A stretch of DNA of 62,787 nucleotides, the filler included. It is 8 parts of 8 records of this genome, joined end to end, with 100 filler letters (N's around TTAATTAATTAA, not from the genome) between each part and the next. Parts side by side here need not be neighbours in the genome. Positions count along the whole stretch, not along the records: positions 8,743 to 15,322 come from SRR31147125_14645; positions 15,423 to 28,512 come from SRR31147125_14655; 6 more parts are not named here. One strand, given 5' to 3'. The translations under genes were made by a program, and so were the position numbers. Positions 9,349 to 22,100 of this stretch are shown here, in pieces. The notes under the pieces are model-generated. The model saw only the letters and a program-made list of their open reading frames with translations, made no database searches and was not told the DNA's origin. Every line of letters begins with the position of its first letter. Position 1 is the first letter of the stretch.

Positions 9349-12300
9349 ATGAATTTTTTAAACTACGAAGTAATTTCCGAGCTTCACTCGGGAACAGAAT
9401 TTACAACTTATAAGGCTACTGATTTAACAAGCAGAGAGATTGTTACTTTAAAAGTAACAAATCAAAAATATCCAGATCCACACTCCATTCAAAAAATTGA
9501 AAATGAACTGAAATTTGGGACTAAGTTGAATAATGAAAATTTGATTAAATATATCAATTTAGCTGATCTTAGTGGCCAAAAAGTTCTGGTGAAAGAATAT
9601 TTCGAAGGAGATACTCTTTCTATTGTTAAAGAAAAAATTGATAAAAAATACCCTAAAGGTGAAAAAAACTTCATACTCTTATCAATTGCTAAAAAATTGG
9701 CTGAAGCATTGGAAGCAGTCCATAATAAGAAAATTATCTATAAAAATTTAAGTCCTCAAAATATCCTCTTTGATCTTCAAAAGAACAAATTAAATATAAT
9801 AAACTTCAGCAAAGCGGATTACTTAAATAATGAAAACTCTTTGAAAAAAAATCATGATTTTTCTTTAGATTTTTTAACATACATTTCTCCAGAGTTAACT
9901 AGAAGAATTAATCTCTTACCAGATTATAGAAGTGATCTATATTCTGTTGGAGTTATCCTCTTTGAACTTTTTAATGATACAGTTCCATTTATAGGAAACG
10001 ACCCTATGGAGATAATCTACGGTCATTTAGCTAAAAACATTCCAGAACAAAATGAAAATATTCCAGCAATTATTAATAAAATTATTGCTAAACTTCTAAA
10101 AAAGAATCCTAGTGAAAGATATGAAACTGCAACCGGGCTTAAATTTGATTTAGGGATATGTCTTGAGAATATCGAGAATCTATCAACTTTAAATTTTGAA
10201 CTAGCTAAAAACGATTTTTCTAATAAGTTTCTTATTTCTGAAAAGCTCTATGGTAGAGATAAAGAGGTTAATCTATTATTGGAAACGTTTAAAAATATAC
10301 AGAACGAAGGTTCTGAAATCGCTCTTATTTCTGGTGAACCTGGTATCGGAAAATCCTCACTTGTTAGAGAAATCAAGCAGAAGACCCTACTTGAAAACTC
10401 ATATTTTATCTCTGGAAAATTTGAGCAGCTTCAAAATGATATTCCATACAGTGCTATTATTGATGCCCTTAGAGATTTTATAAATCAGATATTATTGGAA
10501 TCTACTGATAAATTAGAAATATGGAAACAAAAAATATTAGAAGCTGTTGGAATAAATGGCACAATACTTAGCAATATAATCCCAGAGTTAAGTTTAATCA
10601 TTGGAGAACAACCTGAACCTTCAATATTAGGTGCAAGTGAGACCCATAATAGATTTAACTTAGTAGTGAAAAACTTTATTGAATGTATCTCTGCTTCAGG
10701 AAATCCATTAATTATGTTTATAGATGATTGGCAATGGGCTGATTCTGCAAGTTTGAATTTCATAAAACTAATCTCTGAGGAAAATGAAAACGGCTCTTTA
10801 TTTATTGTAGGAGCTTATAGGGATAATGACCCTGATTTGATTAAACCTATCATCTCTCTTATTGAAGAGTTTAAAGAAAGGGGTATAGTCAAACTTACTC
10901 TGCATTTAGGTAATCTAGAAGAAAAAGATATAAACTCTCTATTCCTTGACAGCATAAAGAATAATTCAAATAAAAACAGTGCTGATTTATCAAAATATAT
11001 ACTTGAAAAAACAGATGGAAATCCTTTTTTGTTAAACAATTTTTAAAGTCTTTATATAGAAATCGAGAAATCTCTTTTAATGATAAAACAAGAAAGTGGA
11101 CTTGGGAAATAGAAAGTATAAATAAACTTCCAATAACAGATAATGTCGTGGACTTTTTAATTGGTAAAATTAAAAATTTAAATCCTGAAACTAATAAAGA
11201 GTTAATGTATGGTGCTTGTTTGGGGCAAAATTTTAACTTAAAGATGCTTTCTAAACTACAAAACGGCAATAATCCTAATACAATAAATATCCTTCAACCT
11301 GCAGTTGATTTAGGCTTAATTAATGTCTTGGAGGTCCCAGATGATATAGATAAAGGTGGTATAGAGTTTAGATTTGTTCATGATAAAGTTGAACAAGCTG
11401 TTTACTCTATAATCTCTGAAAATGAGATTAGAAATATGCATCTGAAAATAGGTCACTTATTAAAAAATATCGATAATTACAGTAATGACCCAGCAAAGCT
11501 ATTTGAAATAGTTCGGCATTTAAATAATGCTAAAGAACTGATTACAGATGACAGCGAAATAAAATTATTAATTAATCTAAATATTCAAGCTGGAATTGAA
11601 GCAAAAAAATCTGTTGCATATAAATCAGCATATAACTATTTCTTCTTTGCGCTAAATTTAATTGACGAAGAGTATTGGGAGAAAGATTATGACTTAACAC
11701 TTAACCTTTATATAAACTTAGTAGAGACTGCGTCTTTAACAAACAAATTTGATACCATGGATAACTATATGACTACTATTTTGACAAAAGCAAAGAAAAA
11801 TAGTGATAAACTCCCTGTCTATAAAATAAAAATTCAAGCTTATCAAGCACAGGCTAAGTTAGCAGAAGCACTAGAGGCTTATCTTGAAGGCTTAAGTGTA
11901 GCTGGTATCGACATCCCAACAAATCCTACACAAGATGATATAGCAAAAGCTGCAGAAAATTTAATGGCTTTAATTAGTAAAGTTGAAATAAATGACTTAA
12001 TAAACCTATCTCCTATTACTAATATAGACATATTAAAAGCAATGGAGTTAATGATCTCAGGAACATCAATTCTATACAAAGCAGCTCCTGCTCTATCTCC
12101 AATTATAATTTATAAAATGGTAGAGTTATCTCTAGAGTATGGAAACACCCCATTTTCTCCTGCTATATATACGACATACGCATATATTCTTTGTACATTT
12201 TTAAATGACCCAAGTATCGATGAAGATGTGCTTGAAGAGTATATAACTTTAGGCCATGGTTTGGGAACAATTAGTAGTGAACTAGTTGAAAATCCTGAAA

Positions 12301-15293
12301 TGAAACCATTTAAAGTATTAGTCGTTGAATATTTTAACTTCTGCTGTAGACACTGGAAAGAACATATAAGAGCTAGTATTCAACCTCTTGCTGATGGATA
12401 TTGGTCAGGTGTTGAAAACGGTAATTTTGAGTTCGCTGGTTACTGTGTAGGAGCAAGACCAAGGCATTTAATCTTTGCTGGAATTTCTCTGGAGGATATT
12501 GTAGAGGAAGGGTATACTGATATTGATAAAATAAATAAAATAAATCAAAAACCAGCATTAAACTGGGAATTAATGTCAATTCAATTTGCACATAACCTTT
12601 TAGGAAAAAATGAGGAAGTTACTGAATTATGTGGTGAGTTTTTTGATGAACATACTATGTTTGAACCAATTAAAAATATGGGTGATATGGTTGCTATGTC
12701 GTATTTCTATATTAATAAAATGATGCTAAACTATTATTTCGGTGATTACCAAAAAGCTGATATGGACTCTATTGAAGCCGAGAAAAATATACCTGGAATA
12801 GCAGGTTTAGTAGATAATGCAACTTTCTTCTTTTTTGATTCATTAATTAAACTTAAATTATATGAAGCGGCTAATAATGAACAGAAAGTAAAGCTATTAG
12901 AAAAAATAGTAGATAATAAGCAAAAGTTGAAAACATATTCTCGATTTGCTCCAATGAATTACCTACAAAAATATTGTATTATTGAGGCTGAAGTTCAAGC
13001 CATTAATGGCAATAATGAATCCGTTCAAAGAAATTTTGAAAAAGCTATTGAACTGTCAAAAGAGTATGAATTCATAAATGATGAGGCTTTAGCATATGAA
13101 CTTTTAGCAAATTTTTATTTGAATATCAATAATATAGACGAAGCAAAAAGAAATATGAAAGAAGCTCATTATAAATATCAGTTATGGGGCGCTAGTAAAA
13201 AAGCTCAGCAATTGAAAAATAAATATTCTAATTTTTTCTCAAAAGAAATAATTTTTAATCAGGAAAGCTCTGACTATATTGATATTTCTGCAATACTAAA
13301 GTCTACTCAAGCTATCTCTAGAGAGGTTAATTTAAAGCAATTAATTAAAAAATTAATTAAAATTCTACTAGAAGTAAGTGGTGCGCAAAAACTAATTATC
13401 TTTAGAAAAGCTGAAGATAATTTCTTTTGCGAAGCTTTTGTTGATAAAGAGGAGAATCGTCACGAGGTTTTAACTGCCCTTCCAGCAGAGGATTTACATT
13501 CATACCCTAGATCTGCATTATTTTATTCTGGAAGAACTAGGAGCACTCTCTTTTATCCACAAGATATAAATAAGGTTGCTCTAGAAAAGGATAAATATAT
13601 TACTTCAAAAGAACATTTATCATTTATCATTACTCCTATAGAATTAAACAATGAAATTACCGGAGTAATTTACCTTGAAAATAACCTTATAAATAGTAGT
13701 TTTAATCAATCCATTATAAACGTAGTAGAGATACTTGCTTCTCAAGCAGCAATATCAATCGACAATGCTCTTTTATATGATCGCTTAGAGGAAGAGGTAA
13801 AAAAAAGAACTAAAGAGCTTGAAATCACTAATGCTGAATTAATGATTCAAAAAGAGGTGGCAGAAAGTGCTAATAAAGCTAAGACAAATTTCTTAACTGG
13901 AGTATCTCATGAAATCAGAACTCCTATGAACTCTATCCTTGGTTTTACAGAAATGTTGAAAGATCAACTGAAAGATCCAAAACTAAAACACTACGCTTAT
14001 GCTGCTCACTCCAGCGGAGAAGTTTTATTAGATTTAATAAACGACATATTAGACTTGTCTAATATAGAGTCAAATAAAATTGAATATAATAAAAATGCTG
14101 TTTCATTAGAAAGAATTATTGAAAGCATAGAGTTAATGTTAGAGAATAAAATCAAAATAAGAAAACTTGATTTTAGAAAAAGCATCTCCAATAAACTACC
14201 TAAATACCTATTACTTGATGGAACTAGAATAAAGCAAATCCTCATCAACTTAATCTGCAATTCCTTTAAATTTACACAGGAAGGTTTTATAGAGCTCATA
14301 ATTGACTTTGAAAAAGCAGAAAATTTAGATAATGGTACTTTGAAAATCTCTGTTCTGGATAGTGGAATGGGAGTTCCTAAGGACAAAATGAAAACTATCT
14401 TCCAACCATTTGTACAACTAAAAGCCATAAATACAAATTCGGAATCTGGTACTGGATTAGGTCTATTTATCTCAAGTAAGTTAGCTGAAGGAATGAACGG
14501 ACATATTGAAGTCGAAAGCCAAGAAGGAGTTGGGAGTAAATTTATTGTAACTTTTAACAATGTTGAAATAATTGAATCAAATAAGCTTAGCACTGATTTC
14601 AACGATAATATCGTATTGGATAATGTCATTTTTGAAAGAAAAAAGGTAATCGTTGCAGATGATATTAGCAATAATCGCGAGATGCTTATCGAATATCTAA
14701 AACCTCATAACCTAGATATTCTAGAAGCTTCTAATGGAAAAGAGATCTTTGATCTAGTAGAGAAAAATCCTAATACGATATCATTAATTTTACTTGATAT
14801 GAAGATGCCTGAAATGGACGGATATGAAGTTATATCAAAGCTAAAAAATGATACACATAAAAATAAAATTCCAGTAATAGGAATAACTGCCTCGGCTCTA
14901 AAAAAGGATGAAGAGAACTTAGATATGATATGTGACTCATATTTCTTTAAACCAGTTAAAAAACAAAAACTCATTTTGGAAGTAATGAAGTATATCCCTG
15001 TCAAAAAAGAGGAAGAGAGTGCTAAAAATACACTTGAGGCTAGTTTAATTGTTTTTAAAAGGGATTTTCCTGAGTTAGTAAACAAACTTGTAAATGAAAA
15101 ATCCTTAATAAATAGGCTCTTAAAAACTATGTCCATTAGTGAAATTGAAGACTATGCTAAAACTATAAGCAGAACAGGTCGTGTTTTTGAGTCAAGTTAT
15201 ATGGAGAATTTAGGTATAAATTTATATGAAGAAACTCAAAACTATAACATCAGAAATATCCGAGAAATTCTTACTAATATTCTAAAAATATAA
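9349..15293 (+). CDS. Multidomain sensor: degenerate Ser/Thr kinase, AAA ATPase, helical/TPR region, GAF, HisKA/HATPase, receiver; apparent frameshift at ~11025-11030
   Basis: YISPE and DYRSDLYSVG; Walker A GEPGIGKS; IDDWQWAD; GAF QAAISIDNA; H-box SHEIRTPMN; GTGLGL; REC LLDMKMPEMDG. One extra T in the T6 run restores GNPFFVKQFL and joins the two ORFs. Confidence 0.9.
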
Positions 15294-15322
15294 ATAAAAA
15301 AGTCTTCGACTTCATATAAAAT

Positions 15323-15422
15323 NNNNNNNNNNNNNNNNNNNNNNNNNNNNNNNNNNNNNNNNNNNNTTAATTAATTAANNNNNNNNNNNNNNNNNNNNNN
15401 NNNNNNNNNNNNNNNNNNNNNN
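15323..15422. other. Artificial contig spacer
   Basis: N44-TTAATTAATTAA-N44. Confidence 0.98.
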
Positions 15423-15933
15423 GGGGGAACCGCTCCTTTTCCCTGACTACCTCGGAGAACTCCTGAATCAGTGCCACACTCGAGGGATTCACCGTACGGT
15501 CGATACCTGCGGCCTGGTCAAGCAGGAAAAGCTTTTGCAAATTGCTGAAAAAACAGATCTGTTCCTCTACGATTTCAAACTCTTTGATTCTGAGAAGCAC
15601 AAACAGTACACCGGAGTCGATAACACGCTGATCCTCTCCAACCTGACGGCTCTGGCCCAAAGTGGTGCGGCCATTCAGATCCGTATCCCCCTGATCCGGG
15701 GTATCAACGCCGACAAGGACAACCTCGAACGAACGGCACAGTTCATCAGCAGACTGGATGGCGATAAAAAAACCGTGAACCTTCTGCCCTACCATGCTAT
15801 TGCTGCGCATAAACATACGAAGCTTGGGAGCCACTACCAGAATGAACAGATGGAAGAGCCAACCCAGGACGATCTTCATCTTGCGGAACAGATTTTTTCA
15901 GCGCATGGCTTGACCACCATTGTCGGTGGTTAG
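15423..15933 (+). CDS. Glycyl-radical enzyme activating protein, C-terminal part (5' truncated)
   Basis: Frame open from the edge reads GEPLLFPD...HRTVDTCG; DLFLYDFK, HKQYTGVDN, IRIPLIRGIN and NLLPYH motifs. Confidence 0.88.
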
Positions 15934-16109
15934 GAGGCTGTCGGACTATACATGAATCTACTACGATATAGCCTGATCGGTTCATATTTCCGATCCTTTT
16001 CGACCAATAGGCCCTGCTATTGGCCTTCAAACGATCGAAAATCTGCCCTCAACCAGTCTATTTCTCGTGACGATCGGTATAGTCCGACAGCCTCCTGCAC
16101 ACGACCTTT

Positions 16110-17453
16110 TTGATGACACACACGACCCCAATTACATATACGCGGATCTTCCGCTTCTGGCTTCCCCTGGCCCTGACTTGGCTGATGATGTCCGTCGAAG
16201 GACCTTTTATTGCTGCCATCATCGCCCGGCTCAGCGGCGAAAAACTGAATCTCGCCGCCTATGGGATCGCTTTTGCCTTTGCCCTGGTCGCAGAATCACC
16301 GGTGATTATGCTGATGAGCGCCGCAACAGCGCTGTGCCGCAACAGTTCGAACTACCGAACGCTGAGGCTGTTTACCATCCTCCTCAGCCTGGCGGTGACC
16401 GTGCTGCTGGCTCTGTTCCTGATCCCACCGGTGTTTGAGTTTGTTATTCTGTCAGTCCTCGGGCTGCCTGCCGACGTCGCCCTGCTGGCACATACCGCCC
16501 TGCTTTGCTTGCTCCCCTGGCCTGGAGCTATCGGGATCCGTCGCTTTTATCAGGGCGTCCTGATCACCGCCCACAAAACCCGCCGAGTTGCTTTTGCCAC
16601 GCTCCTGCGTCTGCTAAGCATGTCGGCCTGCGCACTGATGCTCTACCGTTTCAGTACTCTGAACGGAGCAGTGATCGGGGCGCTGGCCCTGTCCGTCGGA
16701 GTCACCATCGAAGCTATCTTTACCCGCTATCTGGCCCGCTATGCGATTCAATCGACGCTGCGCCTCGCGCCACAGGCGGATGATGAAAATCTGTCCCTCA
16801 AAGACATCTGGAACTACTATCTCCCTCTGGCCTTGACTCCCTTTATCGCCCTGTCCGTCCACCCCCTGGTGACCTTTTTCCTTGGCAAAAGCCGCTACGC
16901 CGTCGAATCCCTGGCGGTCATGCCGGTCATCTACGGTCTGACCTTCGTCTTTCGTGCCCTCGGCCTCTCGTACCAGGAGGTGGCCATCACCCTGATCGGG
17001 GAAAACAGGGACAACGCCAGAAAAGTGAAAAACTTTGCCATCGGACTCGGATTTGCGACCTCTGTCGGCTTGGCTCTGATCGCTTTCACCCCATTGAACC
17101 AGATCTGGTTCCACGACATTTCCGGGCTCAGTCAGGAGCTGGCCGCATTTGCCTCGTTCCCTCTGCAACTGTTGGCGATCTTCCCCGCGTTAACCGTACT
17201 GATCAGCTTCCAGAGATCAATCCTGATGATCGAGAAAGTGACCCGTCCGGTGTCGATGACCACTCTTCTTGAAGCCGCAGGAATTTTTACAGTCCTGGCG
17301 ATCGCAGTGCTATACTTCCAGCTCCCCGGAGCGGTTGCAGCAGCTCTGGCCTATATCTGTGGACGGCTGCTGGCCGTTACAGTCCTGCAAAAAATTCTCA
17401 ATCAACAGAAGCAGGTCAATTCTGTTCAAGAAAAAACAGCGAAAGTCCCGTAA
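16110..17453 (+). CDS. MOP-superfamily (MATE/ANKH-like) membrane transporter
   Basis: About 12 TM segments in two repeated halves (IFRFWLPLAL / IWNYYLPLAL); LAAYGIAF motif. Confidence 0.78.
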   Translation: MMTHTTPITYTRIFRFWLPLALTWLMMSVEGPFIAAIIARLSGEKLNLAAYGIAFAFALVAESPVIMLMSAATALCRNSSNYRTLRLFTILLSLAVTVLLALFLIPPVFEFVILSVLGLPADVALLAHTALLCLLPWPGAIGIRRFYQGVLITAHKTRRVAFATLLRLLSMSACALMLYRFSTLNGAVIGALALSVGVTIEAIFTRYLARYAIQSTLRLAPQADDENLSLKDIWNYYLPLALTPFIALSVHPLVTFFLGKSRYAVESLAVMPVIYGLTFVFRALGLSYQEVAITLIGENRDNARKVKNFAIGLGFATSVGLALIAFTPLNQIWFHDISGLSQELAAFASFPLQLLAIFPALTVLISFQRSILMIEKVTRPVSMTTLLEAAGIFTVLAIAVLYFQLPGAVAAALAYICGRLLAVTVLQKILNQQKQVNSVQEKTAKVP

Positions 17454-17479
17454 TCTTCGCCTCAAACAGCCATCAGAAA

Positions 17480-18369
17480 GTGAGTGCAGTGTCCAAGTCA
17501 TCACACATATCAACCGGCGGTGCCTGGTATATCATTGGGGCGGCGATTCTTTGGGGAACGACAGGAACAGCTCAAGCCTTTGCCCCAGCCGGGTTCGATT
17601 CCAGAGTTATTGGAACTCTGCGCCTGCTCATTGGTGGGATCGCACTGATGGCTATCGCCATTCAAAGAAAACAACTCGGGAAGCTCAGTGACTGGAAAGT
17701 CATTCCAACGCTGCTCGCATCTATTTTTATTGCAAGCTATCAAATCTGCTTCTTTAGCGCTGTTGCGAAAACTGGGGTAGCTATCGGGACCATCGTTGGC
17801 ATCGGCAGCGCTCCTATAATAGGAGGCCTGCTTGGTTGGATTTTTCGCGGTGAAAAGCAGGGAAAACGTTGGCTTATTGCAACGGCTCTCGCCATTTGCG
17901 GATGCACTCTTCTCAGTCTTGGCGGTGATAAGTTAACCGTCGATCCGGTAGGCATTGCCCTGGCGCTTGGTGCCGGTGTTTCGTACGCAGCCTACACGCT
18001 CATGATTAAAGGTCTGCTTGAGAAGCTTGAGCCAAATGCCATCATGGCCGTGGCCTTTTGCATAGGAACGCTCCTGCTAAGCCCTGTCTTAATCAATATC
18101 GATCTCCAATGGCTCGCGCAACCACGTGCAATCGGAGTCATATTGCACCTTGGGCTGACGACAATGGCCTTCTCCTACTGGCTATTTGCCAGGGGCTAAT
18201 GACTGTTGGTGTTGGCACTGCAACCACCCTCAGCCTGGCCGAGCCGATGACTGCCGCAACCCTGGGGATACTGGTTCTGGGGGAACAACTCACCACCCGC
18301 TCCAGCTTCGGCATCCTGCTGATTTTTGCCGGACTGATCGTGCTGGTGATCCGAAAGCGGTCGAGATAA
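17480..18369 (+). CDS. EamA/DMT-family transporter, apparent frameshift at ~18190-18197
   Basis: AAILWGTTGTAQ N-terminus; C-terminus ATTLSLAEPMTAATLG continues in another frame after a G run. Confidence 0.87.
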
Positions 18370-18410
18370 AAGTCAAAAGCCCCGTTCAGAAGAGCGGGGC
18401 TTTTGACTTT
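18368..18410. terminator. Bidirectional intrinsic terminator
   Basis: AAAGTCAAAAGCCCCG...CGGGGCTTTTGACTTT between convergent genes. Confidence 0.85.
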
Positions 18411-18430
18411 CTCCAAACACTCCAAGAACG

Positions 18431-19025
18431 TTACTTCTTACGACGATAAACAACCAACCCGGCCAATCCAACACCGAGTAGCAGAAACGTACTCGGCTCC
18501 GGTACCGGTGCGGAATCTTCGGTCACAAAAGCCAGACCACATATCGTTGCAGTCGAGTCAAACAGGTCATCATAGGTCTCCAGACCAAATTCCAATCCCA
18601 ACAAGGTTCCAGGATCGAGACCACTCAAATCCCATGACAGAAGTCCGGTAAAGCTGTTGGCGACTTCTATGAAGCCGGCATTGTAGAGGCTGCTATCCGA
18701 AGAAATAGGGTCTCCCAGCTTGCCATCAAAAAGGGTCGCGTAGAACAAGTCATCATTCTCTTCAGCAAGTGAAAAACTAAGGGAGAGGACATTGTCCGGA
18801 ACAATCAACCCATCATCCCCGAAGAAGGGATCATTGGCCAAATAGGTCCAGCCATAATCTTCACTCTCCGTTAACGTGGCAGACGAACCATCGGTGGCCA
18901 CCGATACAGCATCATAGGGATCAGCAAGAAAGATATTCAAATCAACCGGAATCACCGCGGCGAAGGATGATGTGGCGAGCAGCAGACACATACTATGCAA
19001 TAATAAAAGCAGATATTCGTTTCAT
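18431..19025 (-). CDS. PEP-CTERM sorting-domain protein, apparent frameshift in the signal peptide
   Basis: C-terminus PVPEPSTFLLLGVGLAGLVVYRRKK; GGAGG then ATG at 19025; removing one T gives the signal peptide MKRISALLLHSMCLLLATSSFA. Confidence 0.88.
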
Positions 19026-19048
19026 TCTTTTCCTCCCAGGCAGATATC

Positions 19049-19076
19049 GGCACCGCCGCAGTAACGCGGCGGTGCC
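19049..19076. other. GC-rich intergenic hairpin (possible mRNA-stabilising or attenuating element)
   Basis: GGCACCGCCGC-agtaac-GCGGCGGTGCC; no U-tract on the transcribed minus strand. Confidence 0.55.
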
Positions 19077-19102
19077 TTTAGGATCAGTTAAGACCCATCA
19101 AA

Positions 19103-22100
19103 TCAGGGTTCCAGCGGACGTGCATCATTTGCTGAAAATTCAATCGGCGTGATGCGTCGGAACCAGATATCACTCCCTTCGAAATGGGTCGGATCCTCCG
19201 GGTCAACAGGAGGAAGTTCCTGTATCCAACTGCTGTAGAAACGCGACCCATCCGGAGTCATCCGCAGCTGAACTTCACCCTGCTCCGGATCGCCCTTGGC
19301 CAGCCAGGCCCAGCGCGTGACTGTTTGACCAGCATAATTCCCGCTGCTGTCAGAGCTCACCTCAAAGGTATCCTCGGCCAGGGTCGTGCCCCTATCCATC
19401 GAGAAGCTGTAGAAAATATCTTCGGGTGCCTTCTCGATATCCGGCAGGTTGGTTGAAGTTCCATAAGCCAGATAGAAGACATCTCTATTCTGCTTATCCT
19501 CATCATTCCCGGTCCAGACACCGTTAAGCTTGATTGTTCCAGGAACAGCAACAATACGCGGTTCAATGACACTGGTTTTGTTGTTTTTGAGCAGTGACAC
19601 GTTGCGCGCCGGCTCGTAAACACCACCGCCAGCATAGGACGTCACGACCTCGTAATGCTTGGTGGCATCGGTTGAGACCGACCCATCTTCACCCACTTCG
19701 GATCCGGAGATTCCGTCCGGATTAATAAAGATATCCGTATGCTCCACTGCCACATCAGCTGCAAGAGAGGGATCGGTCGTCCAGGTCTCACCACCGTCGA
19801 AAGAACGCCGGATATAGAAGTCATACTTGTCGTGGGCGTTGCGCGAAGCGGCCCAGTTGGGTGTGTAGGAATAGCCCATGACCACAAAGTCACCACGGAT
19901 CTGTCCTCGATGGGCGCGTGCATCTTCGTAGGGGTTCACGCCCGATTTCATCTGTAGGTTCTCTTCCGGCTGCGTCCAATCGCAAACCTTGACCCCTTCT
20001 CCTTTGGCGTTTTCGTCTCGGTCAGGATTAATCCAGGTCAAACCCGGTGTAATGGTACTGACGTTCTGTGATCCCGGAAGAAAATTATCTGGAGACCAGG
20101 GATTCCCTTTTTGAGTGGCACCGACGACACAGCGGCGGGCCATGATGTCGGATGGTCGCCCGGCACCCTCTTCCCCTTCTTTATAGAGGACAATCAGCAC
20201 TGTACCGGAGTTGCCAGGCTCCTTGAAACTACCGTCGGGCTTAACACCACCAAAAGCTGAAGACTTTGACTGGAGAATAAAGCGCGGGCGACGGGCGTTC
20301 TCGTAAGCGAGAATCGGATCACCCTTCCAGTCGAGAATCAGTTCTCCAGCGTACGGATTTGGAATCGGAGTATAGGTCCCGTCTTCATTCAGGGTGGACC
20401 CGAGGTACTCAGGCTCAGCCACGTAGAGAGGCTCCCCTTCACCAATCAAATCACCATTCATCTCCGGCAGATTTATAATGGTCCCTGCGCTGACCAGATC
20501 GGGATTCTGGAAATCGAAGCTATGATAGATGGCGTTCTTTCCTGAATCGGGAAACTCTTCATAGGGATCATAGCCACTTCCATCTTGCATACCCTCGCCA
20601 TCGCTGCTTCCGGCATCCTCATCTGGGCCCAGTCCGACGCCTTTGCTTTCTTCGTAGGCCATAATGGCCCAGGCGCTCTTATACTCCGTCTCCACAGCAG
20701 GCGTCGCCGGATTGTCCCCTTTTTTGGTATACGTCTGCATAAACAGATTGGGGCGCGCCGCGCCGGTATTGCCATCAAGAGCCCGACCGTCAGCGGTCAC
20801 GACAACTGTTTTTAACGCCCCTTGCTGGTTGGTGTACTCGTAAAGAACGCCTCCATCTCCCTCTGCCCAATTAATGGTACCGTTGATGGTGTCATCCTCT
20901 GTATATAAATCGCCATTCCAGTTCCAGAAACCATCAAGCATGTAGCCGTAACGGTGCGAACCGTCGCTGAGTTGGTCGGAACTGGTATCATCATTGTAAA
21001 TTGGGATAAAGTTGCCGTCTCCATCCAGTACTGGCAAACCAGTGCCTTCGTCCAACTGAACCCACATATTCTCGGTATTGACAACATCGTTGTCGGAGAT
21101 TCTGACGGGCAACGACATCGGAACCAGGGCTTTGGGGCGACCAGCAAAATCGACATCATCATGCTGCGGATCACCGCCTGAAACGAAGTTATCGTCGACC
21201 TTGGCAAAATCAGTCCAGCCAATAAAGCTGTACCAGATATCGGTTTTGTGGTTGGTAGTCGCACCACCCCAACCGGGGCCTGGACCTTTCGCTTCACCGG
21301 GACGCAACCCTCCCGGATCTTCCTGCCACGCAATACCGAAGCCGGCACCATCGGCAGCGCCCATAAATACCTGGTTGGCGTCGCGGCGGCCGGACGTTAA
21401 GCGCTCAGGCTTGTACCAGACGATATCTCCGACAAAGCGGCCCCGACCGGCATTCACATCGGCTTGAGTGGCGATAACCCCGCGAGCAACCCAGACAGCA
21501 CTATAAGGCACTTCACCGACCTCAGGATAACCTTCATCGGTATAGTCAACTGAACCCTGATGCCCACTGACACCCCAGATATCATCGGTGTAGTAGGGGT
21601 CATCATAAGGATAGTCAGGCTCACAGGACTCGGTCCCATCTTCAACTTTTCCAGTGCAGTAAACAGCGCAACCGGTTTCAGGAGTTTCGACGATTTCTGT
21701 TGCCGGATCGTCGCAGAGCTTAATGGCGTAGCGCGGTTTTCCACCTCTGGCAAACTTGCTGGTCCAGGCAATCAAAATTTTGTTGCCCTTGACATGGAAC
21801 ACCGGTTTCTTGCTGTGCCCGTAATACTCGTTCCCATTGGCAAGTTCGAAAGAAGAGCGATCCGCCATCCGTGAAAGATTTTTCCGCTTCCAGGTGTTGC
21901 CGTCGTCACGGGACACCGCCGCCCAGATATCGTGAGCGTCTGTTTCTTCATCCGCGTCGGTGTAGACCACGATGAGTGGCTTCGCCTGATCGGTATCGCG
22001 AATGAAGTTTCCCTCTTCATCATAGTATTCGATGGTGACCGGATCCGGGTCGGTGTAGTCTTCCGGATCGTCCGGATAACTCTCACCCGGAACAATAGCG

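Noticed and set aside
14006-15136. Antisense ORFs of 221 and 143 aa inside the hybrid kinase
   Set aside because: Ser/Leu/Phe/Ile-rich mirror translations of an AT-rich coding strand
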